DNA of 60,874 nt, counting the filler. It is 7 parts of 7 records of this genome, joined end to end, with 100 filler letters (N's around TTAATTAATTAA, not from the genome) between each part and the next. Parts side by side here need not be neighbours in the genome. Positions count along the whole stretch, not along the records: positions 7,218 to 16,941 come from SRR2962707_3615; positions 17,042 to 29,600 come from SRR2962707_3616; 5 more parts are not named here. One strand, 5' to 3'. The notes under the pieces are model-generated. The model searched no databases and had not been told where the DNA came from. It worked only from the letters and a program-made list of their open reading frames with translations. Position 1 is the stretch's first letter, and every line of letters begins with the position of its first letter. A program made the position numbers and the translations under genes. This document shows positions 7,301-20,100 of this stretch, piece by piece.

Positions 7301-10300
7301 TTACATGTCAGTGACGGAGTCGCTGCCACCCGCGGGCGAAGTCTTGGACTCTTTCGTCGTGGGAAAATCAGAGGGAGCTACTTTGGAGACACTGCCAGCA
7401 CTGCGTTGCCGAGTTAAAAAAACGGCCACAACAACCACGATCACCACCAAAACAAAAGCTGCCGGAACTGCTGCAGCTACAATAATATCATCGTCAGTCA
7501 GCCCACCACTCGAAGCTGCTACGCGATCGGTTGTTGTTTGTGCTCGTGGCAACGACGTGGTGGGCACAACCGAAAACTGTGGTGGGGCCCAAAAAGGTGT
7601 TGCATCGTTGACCGAGCTGTGGTTCGCGCCGGAGCTCGAGTTGCTGCTCGACTGTGATCCGTGGACAACCACATCGTCGACTTCCTCCACAGCCATATCA
7701 AGGCCCATGTCAACCGATAGTTGGGTGAAAGCAGCCTGCAGGCGGGTCGCAAAGGTAGGCTGGGTTCCGCTTGACGCTGAACTGGCAGTCGTGGTTCCCG
7801 GAACGCTTGGAGCAGACACGGTACGAAGGACCTCGCTGTCGGCACGCACGACAAGAATCAAGCGCAGCTCCCACGTATAGTAAAAATTGGCTAGGCTGCG
7901 CCTTCGTAAAATGCTCTCGTTGTTGAGGCTTGCAGAAACTGCTTGGGTTGTTGCGATTTCATGCCGCACAACGACCATGTCAAAGAATGCAACCTCTTCT
8001 TCAGACGCCCCCATCGCCGATATTGCAGCAGTTCGAGCAGAAGCAATCGTGGCTTCATCGGGGGCAGTGGGGGCACGCACCTTGAAGGCGATGAACACCG
8101 TCGTCGAGTCATCCTGTGGTGCAACCGAGGTAGCGCTCGCGAATGTTGGAACAGGTGTAGGAACAGCAGCTTCTGCTGACGTGGCGCCGCCGGGGGCACT
8201 CCGTGATGTAGTCACTGACGCGGACACGCGCATACGGACCGCGACTGTGACGGCAATGGGGTCGGCTGTAACGTTCATGCACAATTTCGCACCAGCCGCA
8301 CACAATGCAGCACCCTGGATCGACGTTGCCGACATGATGTCAAACGCCGAAACAATTGATTTGAATTCAACGTCCACAGAGTCAATCATCAAAATGTCAT
8401 CGGCTGGGCTATTGTTGTAAATGATGGCAGCAATCTCCCCTGCGTTCGTAGCAATACTTGATGCATTCAGTGAGCTATCCAGCGCATGTGCTTCGCTGAG
8501 GGGCTTCCAGCCAACAAATGTTAGGCTCAATTCGCGCGTGCCCGTTTGCAACAACGCAATGTTTGGTGGGCCAAAAATGTAGACCCACGCTTCATGGTCT
8601 TCCCGCACTTGCTGCAAGAACGTCAAGTTCCCCAAAGACTGTGCCAGGTGTTCCATGCCATCGAAACTTGTTTTACGTGCAAAGTTTGTCTCACTGCTCC
8701 CAGTCAGCCCAGAGCGGGAGAACGTTTCCACCTCCTCGAGAGTATTCGCATAGAAAAACACGCTTGCACGCGCAAATCCTGATCGAGCCAAGATTAGGGA
8801 CGCACGGACCATGAACCTAGCTTGGCTCACCTCGGAGACGCACTTTGCAAATGTACACGACTCCCCACCACCGCTCGAATCCCATCCAAATTCGGTCATG
8901 TACAACGGCAAGCTTGGCAAGTTGCGGTCGCGGAAACCGCGGTACCAGTTAATTGCTTGCCATAAAATGCTCACCTTCGACTCTGGGTGGGCAGCAATTT
9001 GCTGTGCATCGGCGCGGCCGCCGTTGGCCCAGCTGTACGAATGCACATTGATTCCATCGAGCCAACGAAAATGGGAGCGGTTCACTGCAGCCAAAAACTT
9101 GTCAACAGGGTACAAAAAGCCGGGAAGCACACGCAATGCAGAATCTCCTTCTTTGGCACCTTGCGACATACCAAGCAACACTTCACCGTAGACGTCTGCA
9201 GGGTAATCGATTGGTTCATTTCCGACCTCGAGAGTGTCAACATCGCCCGTGCCGAAAGTTGGACCAAAGTGGCGCGCAAACGCAAGGCCATAGTGGTACC
9301 CTGCGGCATACGGGTCAGAAAATGTTTCCGAGGGGAAAAAATCAGCCGTAAACTGCACTGAAGCTTGCACGGCGAGTCCTACTCCTCGCCAAGTCGCATA
9401 TTCTCTGTCCCAATCAAGCCAGTCTTGCGCCAAAGCGGAATCATGGCCGCTGTCCATAAATTGAAACGCGGGAGGATCATCCGGGTCAGAGACATCCCAG
9501 TTCCAGTTGTGATAATTGCGTGCGTGTGAAAATGCAGCCGCAAACTCGGACGCGCGCTCATCGACTCCCCATCGCTCTGAGCGATCGCTGTAGCTGTCGG
9601 TGCCAAACCCCCAAATGCCATTGACGCCGAGCATGCTTCCAAGCGTCGGCCCGGTGCCTTTCAGTGAACCAGCAGGAGCACCAACTCGAGGCCCATATGG
9701 GCCATGCTCATCCCACACGAGCACCTCATGCACAGGCACATTAGAGGTTGCGCCAGGAAGCAGAGGGGCTTTGAGCACATGCACAATGCGGATTGCGACA
9801 ATTTCGCGAGGTGGCGAAATGTCCAGGTCGATTGACCCTCGGAGCCCACCGTCAGCCAAATGCAGAGTCGTCCAACTCGATTCACCTGCGGGAATTGTGC
9901 CCTCTTGAATCTGCACCAGTGTCGTCAGGACATTTGCGGCGTACTCATAGGTTGCGTATTCGTAAACCATGACCTGGACAGCGCCGACCACGACAGGCGG
10001 CACTGCTGACGTATTTGAGCGATCGCTTCCAACACTCAGAATACTCCAGTGGAGAAATTCAACACAATCCCATCCCGGAAAACCAGACGCTTGCGTCCGG
10101 TTAACACACGACTCGCCTTGCCAGGCAGACACCGTTGATCCATCCGTAGCCTTCCAGGCATGTTGGGGGGCACTTGACGCTTCCTGGAGTACAAGCTCCA
10201 AAGGTTGAGGTGCAAGTCCGGTCAAGTTCCATTCGTCTCGCTCTTTCCAGTTCTGCACCACAGCCGAGCAGTTCCCCAAAGCCATCACGCACTCTCTGGC

Positions 10301-13300
10301 ACTGTCATGGCCGCCGACCAACGTTTCTGCACTTGCACACGGAAGCCTTGATGTTTTGGACGCGCCAACACAAACATGTCCATTTGGCGGCCCAACAGAA
10401 GCCCTTGACACAATGTTTGCCGTCCACGAACAGTCCGGTGCATTCAGGTCATTTGCAAAGACACTATCGCAATCACAAAACGCATTACCATCGGCTGAAT
10501 ATGAGATCGTGGATGTGTTGGTTTGTTGAGTGCAAGTCCCATGACCACGGCATCCCGCTGGGCATCCGCTCAGTTGGCAGTGTACCCCACCAAAACCGTC
10601 ATCGCAAAGACACTGCGATATGCCGCCACGATGTGGGGGCACAGCGCAAACTCCATGGCCAGAGCAGTTGAGTGGGCACACAGAAGTGGCGCAGTTCGTG
10701 GCAGGGTCCCAAAACACAAACCCATCTGCTGACGACAGCAGCAGATCTGCTGCGGGCAGGGACGCGATGTCTTTGTCGTGCACGTGTGCGTCTTCGCTGA
10801 TCCATGCTTCACAACGGCAGGTTCCGCTTGTGTGGTCCTCGCACGTCCCATGGTCGTAGCAGTCACTAGGGCATGACTTGCGCCCACAATTTTCACCGAC
10901 GAAACCGTGATGACACATGCATGCGCCAAGAAGACAAATGCCTTGGCCGTCCACGCACGGTGGAAAGCAGTCGTCGGCAACATGCACCTGATTTGAAGCT
11001 GCAGCAGCGAGCTGCACTGGCACAAACGCCAGACGCAGAGCCAGAGGTGCGCTACCGACAGCAGGAAATTGAAAACAGAAAACATCTTCCGTCGAAGTAT
11101 TATCTCCTAGCGAGCGATTGCAGTCCACGAGTGTTGGAAGCAATGAAGGATCAAGGTGGACTTCGTCGTTCCCCAGAAGCCAAGCAGCAGCCGGCAACGG
11201 TGAGCGCGATGAGAGTGACGACAAGGAGATGTTCGAACCATTGTAAGAGCACCCCGTGATAACATCGGTCGTTGTTGCAGGAAAGAGTTGAGAACGCGTC
11301 ACTCGAATAAGCGCAGGTTTGGTGGAGTTGTCGTCCCCCGACACTGGCCGCCAAACTACAATATGAGAGCCAACATTATGTGCAGTTGTCCAGCCGGGTG
11401 AACCAGGGTAGCAGGTGGCAAATGAATCATCACTGAACAGGTTGGCCCACGCCAGATCAGTCTGCTGAAGGGATTCGTGGAACACTAAACGCCCAGCAGT
11501 GGCCACAAGGCCTTCCAGGGCACGCAGCGAAGTTTTTCGCCGAAATCCTGATGCCGACGACGCAACAAGCCCAGAACGCGAAAATACCTGCGAAAATAGA
11601 CACAAACATCAAAACAGCAACCAAAAATCGATCAAATTGGAGATCCGAGACAGCTCGGGCTGTGCACTGCGACAGCCACTGAAATCAACACAAAGGTTTC
11701 ACTTCACCACACACATACATTGAAGCCGGCTGGGACTCCACTGGACGAAGAGTCAGTGTTCGCATAGAAGAATACCGACGCTCGCGGTATATTGTTAATT
11801 CCAGCCATCATTAGTAAAGCGCGAACGATGTACCTGGCCTGGGCAACTTCTGATACACATTCTGGCATTTCGCAGGTATCGCCCCCTCCGTCAGAATCCC
11901 ACCCAAACTCCGTCAAAAAAATCGGGAGACTAGGAAAGTTTGCGTCGCGGAAGGAGAAGAGCCGCAGCACCTCTGAAAAAACCGACACACGTGATTCTGG
12001 CCACACACCGGAGCGACCGGGAGCGTCGTATCGCCAACTAAAACATATGTCATGACCAACAAAACCAGGTGCACAACCGCAAACTATGAGTTCCATGTCG
12101 ACGCGCACGAAACTCGAAAGAATCGTCAAGCAAAAACCAACACACCTGTAAGCGTGTAAGTTCAGTCCATCGATGTACGAGGATACATTGGAAATGTTTC
12201 GGTCCAAAATGTTCACAAGATCATAAAAATGAACGAAGGCGGGGATAACGCGAACGGCGGCATCAGCTGCCTTGATCCCCGAAGCCATGCCAAGTAAAAT
12301 CGCGCGGTACAAGTCAACAGGATAATCAAACGGCTCGTTGCCAACTTCAACAACCGAAACGTCCCCTGAACCATGGGTCGGGCCCATGTGCCGCGCAAAG
12401 GAGAACCCATACTCAAATGCCGCGGTTCTTGCAGCATCGAGGTCGCCACCCCAAGCCGCCACGCTAGGTTCAAAACTATTTCCGAACTGAATTGATGCCT
12501 GAACTTCCATCCCAGCTGAACGCCAACCGCGATATTCAGCATGCCAGTCGTTCCACCAAAAACTTCGTGTCCCGGCCCCGCAGCCCATGATGGAAAAGTC
12601 TTGCCTGTCTGTCGGACTCGGCGCGTCCCAATTCCAGTTGTGGTAGTTGCGGCCGTGCGTGGCGAACTTGCTAAATCGGTGCGGCCCCCATGCAACCGTT
12701 GGTCGACCATCTACGAAGCCACCTTGGGAATTGCTGAAACCTCCTCCCCAACCCCAAATACCATTCACTCCAAGCATGGATTGCAACGAAAAGTGTTGAC
12801 TTTTCCCATCCGAACGAATTGCACCACTCGAGGCGCGAGGGTGAACCGTAAAGTTTTCCCAGAGTCCGAACGGCCCATCTTCATCCCATGCCCACAAAAA
12901 GGTCACACATACCTTTCCTGTTGAATTTTCATGACGTCGTTGTGCGAGCCGCAAGAATTGAGCGTGCACAACTGGGGAAACTTCGAGCTCGGAGCCAAAG
13001 TACGGCGGGTCTAGCGACAGGGCGACCGATGCAGCATCGGGATCATTTTCGAAAGGGACTTCGTTCCACAACAGATCCTCGGTGGCCCACTGCAAACGTG
13101 CCTCGCCGACAATGTCGCGGTATCCAGAAACATAATGGCGAAGTTTCACTGCTCCGATGGGTACTATACTACCGAAATCTACCGTCACATTTTCCCAGCA
13201 ACCGCCGGAAGCACGACACTGCGAAAAGGTGGAGCACCACTGATGGTCAGCGGGAGCTTCGTCGTCGTTGATGGCAAACGCAGTGGACTCACCACTCGTC

Positions 13301-16300
13301 ACATTCACACTCTCCGCGAGATGCGGTGCGCGCGACGCACGCCCAGTGCTTGTGTATGACTCGGATGCAAAGGGTACTGGGCTAAGCGGCGGGGGTGTTG
13401 GGGTAAACGCTTGCTCGTGCATTGCATCGCAATGGCCGAGCGCACCTACGCAGTCTGCGCTTGCACGGCAAGCGAACGGCAGTCGCGAATTTTGCTTGGC
13501 GCAGTTGATGTCTTCCAAACTTGACAGCTGGGATATATTCGCGCCCGAGGGCGGGCCCCCTGGCGAACGAGGAAACCCTCCTAGCCCGAGTGCCCGTATC
13601 GCCGCTTGCCGGTTGATTCCACTTTCAGCCGAAGACGCGTTGTACCACGGCATTAAATCTTCGGGAGAAAATTCCAAGTAGCGACAATCGCTGCCACTGG
13701 AGCCTTCTACACACTGGCAGTGGCCTGCAACACAGGCCCCCCGGCCGTGACAAGCGCCGGATGGCCCTCCTGTGCCAGGGCAGAGAACTGACACATTGCA
13801 GAAAGGACCTCCGAAACCGGCATGGCATCGACACAGCCCTGTTAACCCATTGCATGTTCCATTGAGTCCGCATGCGCGACCTTCAGGTACACTGTGACAT
13901 TGGCGTAAGCCACAGTCTGCACCTTCAAGACCCGCCGGGCAGGAGCAGCGACCAGTGGAAGCGCACGCACCGACGATCCCGGAGCAATTATTGGGGCACT
14001 TGCCAAGCTGACCGTCAGTGGCAAGACCGTACAACGAAATTTGTCGAATCGCAATCTTCAGCCCGTCGTACGGCAGCAAAATGCGGATAAAGCGTGCAAG
14101 CCGTCGAACCGGCCAAAACTCCGCCACAAAATCAAGGTCCCAACGGGAGGCATCAAACTGCTCGCGATGGTGAACGACCCATCCATCAACAACACCAGGC
14201 TCTTCATTTGTTTCACCGCCCCTCGCAGACGGCTCGAGGGACGCAAGCGACGCATCTGCATTCAGGCCAAGTCCTCCAAGCTCCAATGCCGTAAGCACCC
14301 TAACACTTGTCAAATAATCTTTGTACATGTTTACTCGCACCGCCGAGAGATTGTAAACGGCGTCGAGTTCGATGACGATATCCTCGGCGCAGGTGTAATT
14401 CACTGGAAGAACTGCGATCTCCTTCAGTGTGAATGTCAAACACTCACCCGTTCCAGCGTAGCAATAGCCGTTGTTGGCGCCAGTTGAGTCGGCCTCGAGG
14501 CGAATGGCGCCCACCAAGGCAGAAGCTGACGCCAGCGCGAAGCTCTCCAGATCGACTATAAAATGGCTGCGCCCGAGGTCCCACTCGGTGTCGTTTGTTA
14601 CAATTGGATTCGGGACCACATGATGGATGCCTGTCATAGCGTCGACCACCACGACACGGGTCGGAGCAGGAAAGTGACCTGAAATGTACACAGCGGATGC
14701 CTTTGCAGAGCGTGGCAGCACTGCCTCGAACCAAGCTTGACGGTAGCCACTGTTGTAGCGAATAAACGTTCCATCATTGCTGTCACCGTTCGTGGCCGGG
14801 GAAAGTGGTTCTGAACACGCGTAGGTGGCCACAGCCTCTGGGTTTTCTAGCGAGGCTTGTGCGCACTCGCAGGACGCAGTGCAAAATCCAGCAGCACACG
14901 CGCCCAGCAACAAGTTGTGTGTGTCAAGATTCAGCCGGTGACGCCACATATCATCCCAACAAGTGTTCTCGGACTGCCAGTAGTTCACACCCGCGTCGAC
15001 CAACGTCAAGGTGCTTGGATCGCGTCCGTTCACGAGCAAACTTGCGCCACCGGGGACGCTGCTTCCTTGCTCAAAGTCGAAATCCAGCATTTCGGCAGAA
15101 AAATCCACTCGTTGCCGCGGTTCGCGCACTCCGCAGTCACGCCCCGCGTAACCACCTCTCATTGCAGTGCTTGGAGTGCACTCACAGTGTCCAGTTGCGT
15201 TGTTGCACGACGCACCTGAGTCCCAGCAATCGACCAGACACCGACGGGGAAGATCTGAAGTGCAGCGATCATCAGACCGCAATAAAGCCACGCAGCATTC
15301 CATGGAGGCGCAGGTCCCAGGCCGAACGTGTGAACAATTGGTGCCCTCAAAAGCATCGTCACAGGCGCAAACACCAGCCTCCTGGCAAAGCCCATGACCC
15401 GAACACCATTGGGATTCTGCGCATTGTAACCGAGTGTCACTGGGTTCGAATGGTTGCCCGAACACGCGCAGCTTGCGGAACGTTGATTTGAAGGTGTTCA
15501 CCGAGCGAATGCGTACAAACCGAGCGATCAGTGGCTGCAAGCCGACGCTCGCGCCATCGCTGTGGGCTGTGACTTCGGGACCTGGTGTTGTCGAGGGCGC
15601 TCCCCCAGAAGGTTGCAGAAAAAAGTCAGCTTGAAGAACACGATCGATGTTCCACACAGACGCGTTGAACTCAATGTCGCGAGAGTGCGAAAAGGTGACA
15701 CCATCTGGGCTCCACGCAACGTCGAGGCGGCGCACATTGGACGTGTACATCTCGAACTCAATGTGAGACACATTCACGAGGCTGTGGAAATCGAGAACGA
15801 GCTCGTCGGCGCAGTCATTGCTAAACGCCGCGATCTCATGGATTTGGGCGGCACAGCTCGTGAAGTCGCACGTTGTGCGGTTGAACAACACCAGAACTTG
15901 GTCAACGAAAGCAGAATGCGTCCCCATGGCACCCTCGCCAACAGCCTGTTGGAAGTATGAGGAGACAGGGATGCCTTCCGCGACGTGGTCGTCCGACACG
16001 TTTTGGTGGATCGGCACAACGACATCGACGCCTCCGACAGTGCGCATGACTACCGTCGCATCGGCTCCCTCAGACCACTTCGCGCGTACTGCCAGCCACG
16101 ACACAGGTCGGGGCGGATCCAAAGGCGCGACAAAGTAAGCCTTGGAGGCATCCGCCAGGAACTCCAACGTCATCGCCGTATACGACGCATCTCCATCGGT
16201 GACTTTGTCAAGCTGGCTGTAGCACTGCGTGACATTCAGCCGCGCAGCCTCCAAGTCTGAGTAGTAGCAGGAAACAGCGCACTTGCCCCCACCGAACGCA

Positions 16301-16548
16301 TCGTAGCCTACGGCAGACGACGACGAAGCAGCAGGAGCGTGACAGACCGAGTGCAGGAGGTTTTGTGAAGCGTCTCGCACCCACGAGTAGTTGCTGTAGC
16401 ACACCCCCGGAGTTGCCCAAAATCCAACCTTGTCGGGCTGCAGGATTGCGTCATGCAGGGCCGACCAGCTGGACGTGCCGTTCAGGAGCTCCTGACCGTT
16501 CAGGAAAACTCCAGCAGCCAGCGAGACCAGCGCGCTGGTTGGGCCCAT
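7301..16548 (-). CDS. Giant (~3,002 aa) probable type-I membrane protein: beta-sandwich (F5/8-like) domains, ~9 EGF-like repeats, two clan GH-A glycoside hydrolase domains, C-terminal TM helix
   Basis: Exons 16548-12146, 12037-11719, 11587-7301 (GT-AG introns 12038-12145 and 11588-11718) sum to 9009 nt. Splicing restores alignment between the two GH copies (LHAYSW/VHSYSW; FSRSGL). Both copies have EVGNEP and TEFGWDS. TM IIVAAAVPAAFVLVVIVVVVAVFL. Start codon uncertain. Confidence 0.85.
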
Positions 16549-16941
16549 GCTGCCTCGCTACCTCTCTCTCTGTCTCTACTCGATCTATCTATCTTTCTAC
16601 GTCTATCTCTATCTCAATCGAGACATCACGAAAAAGTCATAGGGTCCCGTGGACTTGCCAACTGCCTGAAGCAGCCAACCCCACGCGAAACTCAAAAAAA
16701 AGAAAAAAAGACGAGAAAGTTTTCGAGACAAAGCGAGCCAAGGGGTGTTCGAGTCAGACCGAGCGGGACCGGCGGACGACAGCGCGAGCGAGGGTGAGGG
16801 AGCCCGTTCGCGTGTTCGTCTGTGAGCTCGTGAGGCGCGCTAGCAGCGGTTCGCGAGAGCTTGTGAGTGGGTGAGTGAAACAGTCAGTCGGTGAGCTGCT
16901 CGCGAGTGAATTGAGTGAGTGAGTCTTCGTGAACTTTCGTG

Positions 16942-17041
16942 NNNNNNNNNNNNNNNNNNNNNNNNNNNNNNNNNNNNNNNNNNNNTTAATTAATTAANNN
17001 NNNNNNNNNNNNNNNNNNNNNNNNNNNNNNNNNNNNNNNNN
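16942..17041. other. Artificial contig spacer
   Basis: Same 100-bp N/TTAATTAATTAA linker. Confidence 0.99.
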
Positions 17042-17186
17042 AAAAACAGCAACAACAACAACAACAACAACTGCGAAACATGGCACGAGTGCTGCTGCAA
17101 GATCCCGGCGGCGGCCACACAGTGCGAGCGCGTCACCTGCTGCGAGTTCGGAACGATTCGATCGGCCTGAACTGCATGGTTTGTCG

Positions 17187-20100
17187 ATGACAGCGCGAAC
17201 ATCAGAGGAGCAGTGCAGGACTGGGAGCGCGAAACCAAGCGAAGCGCGGTCACCGAGCCGCCGCAGCTTAGTTGATCGAATACGGGCTACGATTCAACAA
17301 TCAGGGCAACTTGGCTCTGCCGCAGCAGTTGACGCAGCTCCTGGCCAAGGATCAGACGAGAGTGCCACTGACAACGAGCAGAAAACAAAGTGTGCTTGGG
17401 AGACCGAGGAGTGGCACAGATCGTGCCGATCAAAGTCGTTGTTTGACATTGATGGTCCCACTCTGGTTCAGCAGGCTCCGCGCGTGCAGGGTCGCGTGAC
17501 ACGTGATGAATTTGAGAGGTCTGTTATTCGTTGCGCCGCGTATGCAATTCCAGATCCGGGGCCACGCTTCTCAACCAAGATCATCGTGGTCGCTGCCGAT
17601 GGAACGGGCAGCTACCGCAAAATAACTGATGCGCTCCGAGATGTGCAGTCACAGTCAAGTGCAGCAATTTCCAAAACCCCACAACGCCCAACAAATGGAG
17701 CAGGCAATGCCGGGGCACAGCTTTCGATGGGTGCTCAACGCCCGACATTTCATGTTGTGCTTGTGCATCCAGGCGAATATAGGGAGCACGTGGTACTTGG
17801 TTCCAACACTGCCATCGTCGCGGCATCGTCGATTCACGCAGGTGCGGGACAACTCGTACTTGTATGCCGCGACCAGAATGCATCTACATTCTTGACATGG
17901 TGTTGTGTTTCTTGCATTACCCAGATGGCAAAGCACGCCCCCTCTCTGGCAAGGTGCAAGAATCAGGAGACGTGGTTTTGCTTGGACCAAACTCATGGGA
18001 GCCGGTTGTGCGTGTGTGTGGCACGAACTGCATTGTTCAAGGTGTTGTTGTGCGGCATATGGCCAAGTCGGAGCGATCCTCCGGCTGCGACCAGCCCTCG
18101 CGTTGGCAACCAACGACTCATGCAGCTGCGGTTGTGAACCAAATCGGAACAAAAGTGCTGGTGTACTCAACCCCACCGGGCGAGAATAAAACGCCAGTAC
18201 TGTCCGGAGCTTCACGAAGCGCCATGGTGACCAAAATTAACTCCGACAACACGTGCAATGTGTCCTTTGACTCTGGTGAGACTCAGAAGTATGTTCCACT
18301 GTCATGCTTACGTGCCGATGTCGACGCACAAACAAGAGACAGTCTCCGTCGCCACATTGAGAGTTATCGGTGTGCGAGAGACGCCTCGGCTCAAACGGCC
18401 AGTGCGTGGACCGTCGCAGAGAATCGACTTCCGGACTTGCACAGTTGTAAATTGTCCATGGTACCGGCTTTTCATGTCGAGGCACCTTTTGCGCCAGAAG
18501 GAGCACGGACTTCAAACGGCATTGAGGGGCATGCTGCAAAGACGTCGGCAGTAGCATCCAAAGTGACTGCTGGGGTTGTTGTTCGACGATGCCATCTCAT
18601 TGGAGAAGTCACTGGGCGCTGTATTCAAATTCGCGGTGCTTCTTTAGCATTGCTTGCTGAGTGTTTATTCGAGCACGGTGAATCGCACGTGACGGATGGG
18701 GCAGCGCCTCATTTAGTTGACTGCTTCTTGACGAACCGATGGGGTTCCGCTGTCACCGTTGAAGGGCTTTGCGGTCCCCTGCTGCGAGGCAACACAATAT
18801 CAGGTGTGTGCATGTTCATGGACCTTGCTGGTTTTTCAGTGTGGAAATCTGAATATGTTTTGAGATGCAGGCACGTTTTTGCGTATTTTTGCTGACATAC
18901 AAGGTTGTCACGGGACTGGAATTGTGGTGACGAATGGTGGGCACCCAATTCTGGAGTGCAACTTTCTGAGCCACTGTATGGGGGGGGGAGTTCGCGTGGA
19001 TGCTCGATCTGCTGGGGCCATCCGGAGCAATACCGTTGTTCGCAACAACGGCTTCGGTGTGTGTGTCGCTGGTCGTGGCGCAGAGCCGTACTTAGAGCGC
19101 AATTTGATTTCCTTGAACAATGGTGTCGGATTGCTCGCCATGAACAGCGCACAGGTGCGGGTGGCAAAGAATTTTTTCTTCGGTAATAATGCCGCAGCTG
19201 TTGTGCACGTTACTTGCGGAGCTTCAATCCGCATGACGGGGAATGTAGTGCTGGGCACCGACTTGCCAGATACACGTAACCTTTCAGATCAGCCGACGGT
19301 GGTGACGCAAGTGGGAGTTGCACTGAGTGGAGACGGCGGTTCTGTTATCCGAGGAAATATACTGTGTGCTTTTGGACTGGCGTGCTTATCGATTGGGGCG
19401 GCGCAAAGGTCCAATGTCGAATTTGGCGTGCAACAGCCCTCTTCGATAAGCACACTTGTCGAAGAAAATTTTCTTGCAAACTTTCCTGATGCTGCGGTAG
19501 TTTGCGTTGCGGGTCTGCGTGAGCGTGGGCTGGAGCTAATCGCCAACCAAATCTCTCATTTGACGCGGTGTGACAAAACACCGAATGACACGGTCAACAA
19601 CGCGCTCCCAAATTGCTTTGCGTTAGTGCGTATTTTTGGGGAGGCACGGCAACGATCTGTGTTGAAACGAAACATTTTTATTCCCTTCAGTGATGGGGGC
19701 CTCCTGTCATACGGCGTGCATGTCGGGCATGGTGCAAAAGTCGACATTTCTGAGTGTACGTTTGACGGGGAAGCCTTGTCATCATCACAGTTCAATGCGC
19801 CCTTGAATCAACCCTGTTTGGATCGAGAGTCACTGATCTGTTGGGTTGGGATTGGTGGTCACGAATGTGCTGCAATTACCGTCCGTCATTGCATTTTTCA
19901 CTCCGTACCTGTGGGCATCGAACTGCAAGGCCCAGATGACGCCGACGTGGTCGGGAATCTGTTTCGCGACAATTACGAAGCAGGTGTTATCGTCTGCACA
20001 AACGGCCCTGCAAACGACAAGCGCGCAGGAAATCCTCGACATCGAAACGGTACCGTTGTCAGATGTACCAACAACGAATTTCAAAAGTCCAAGGGTGGCA

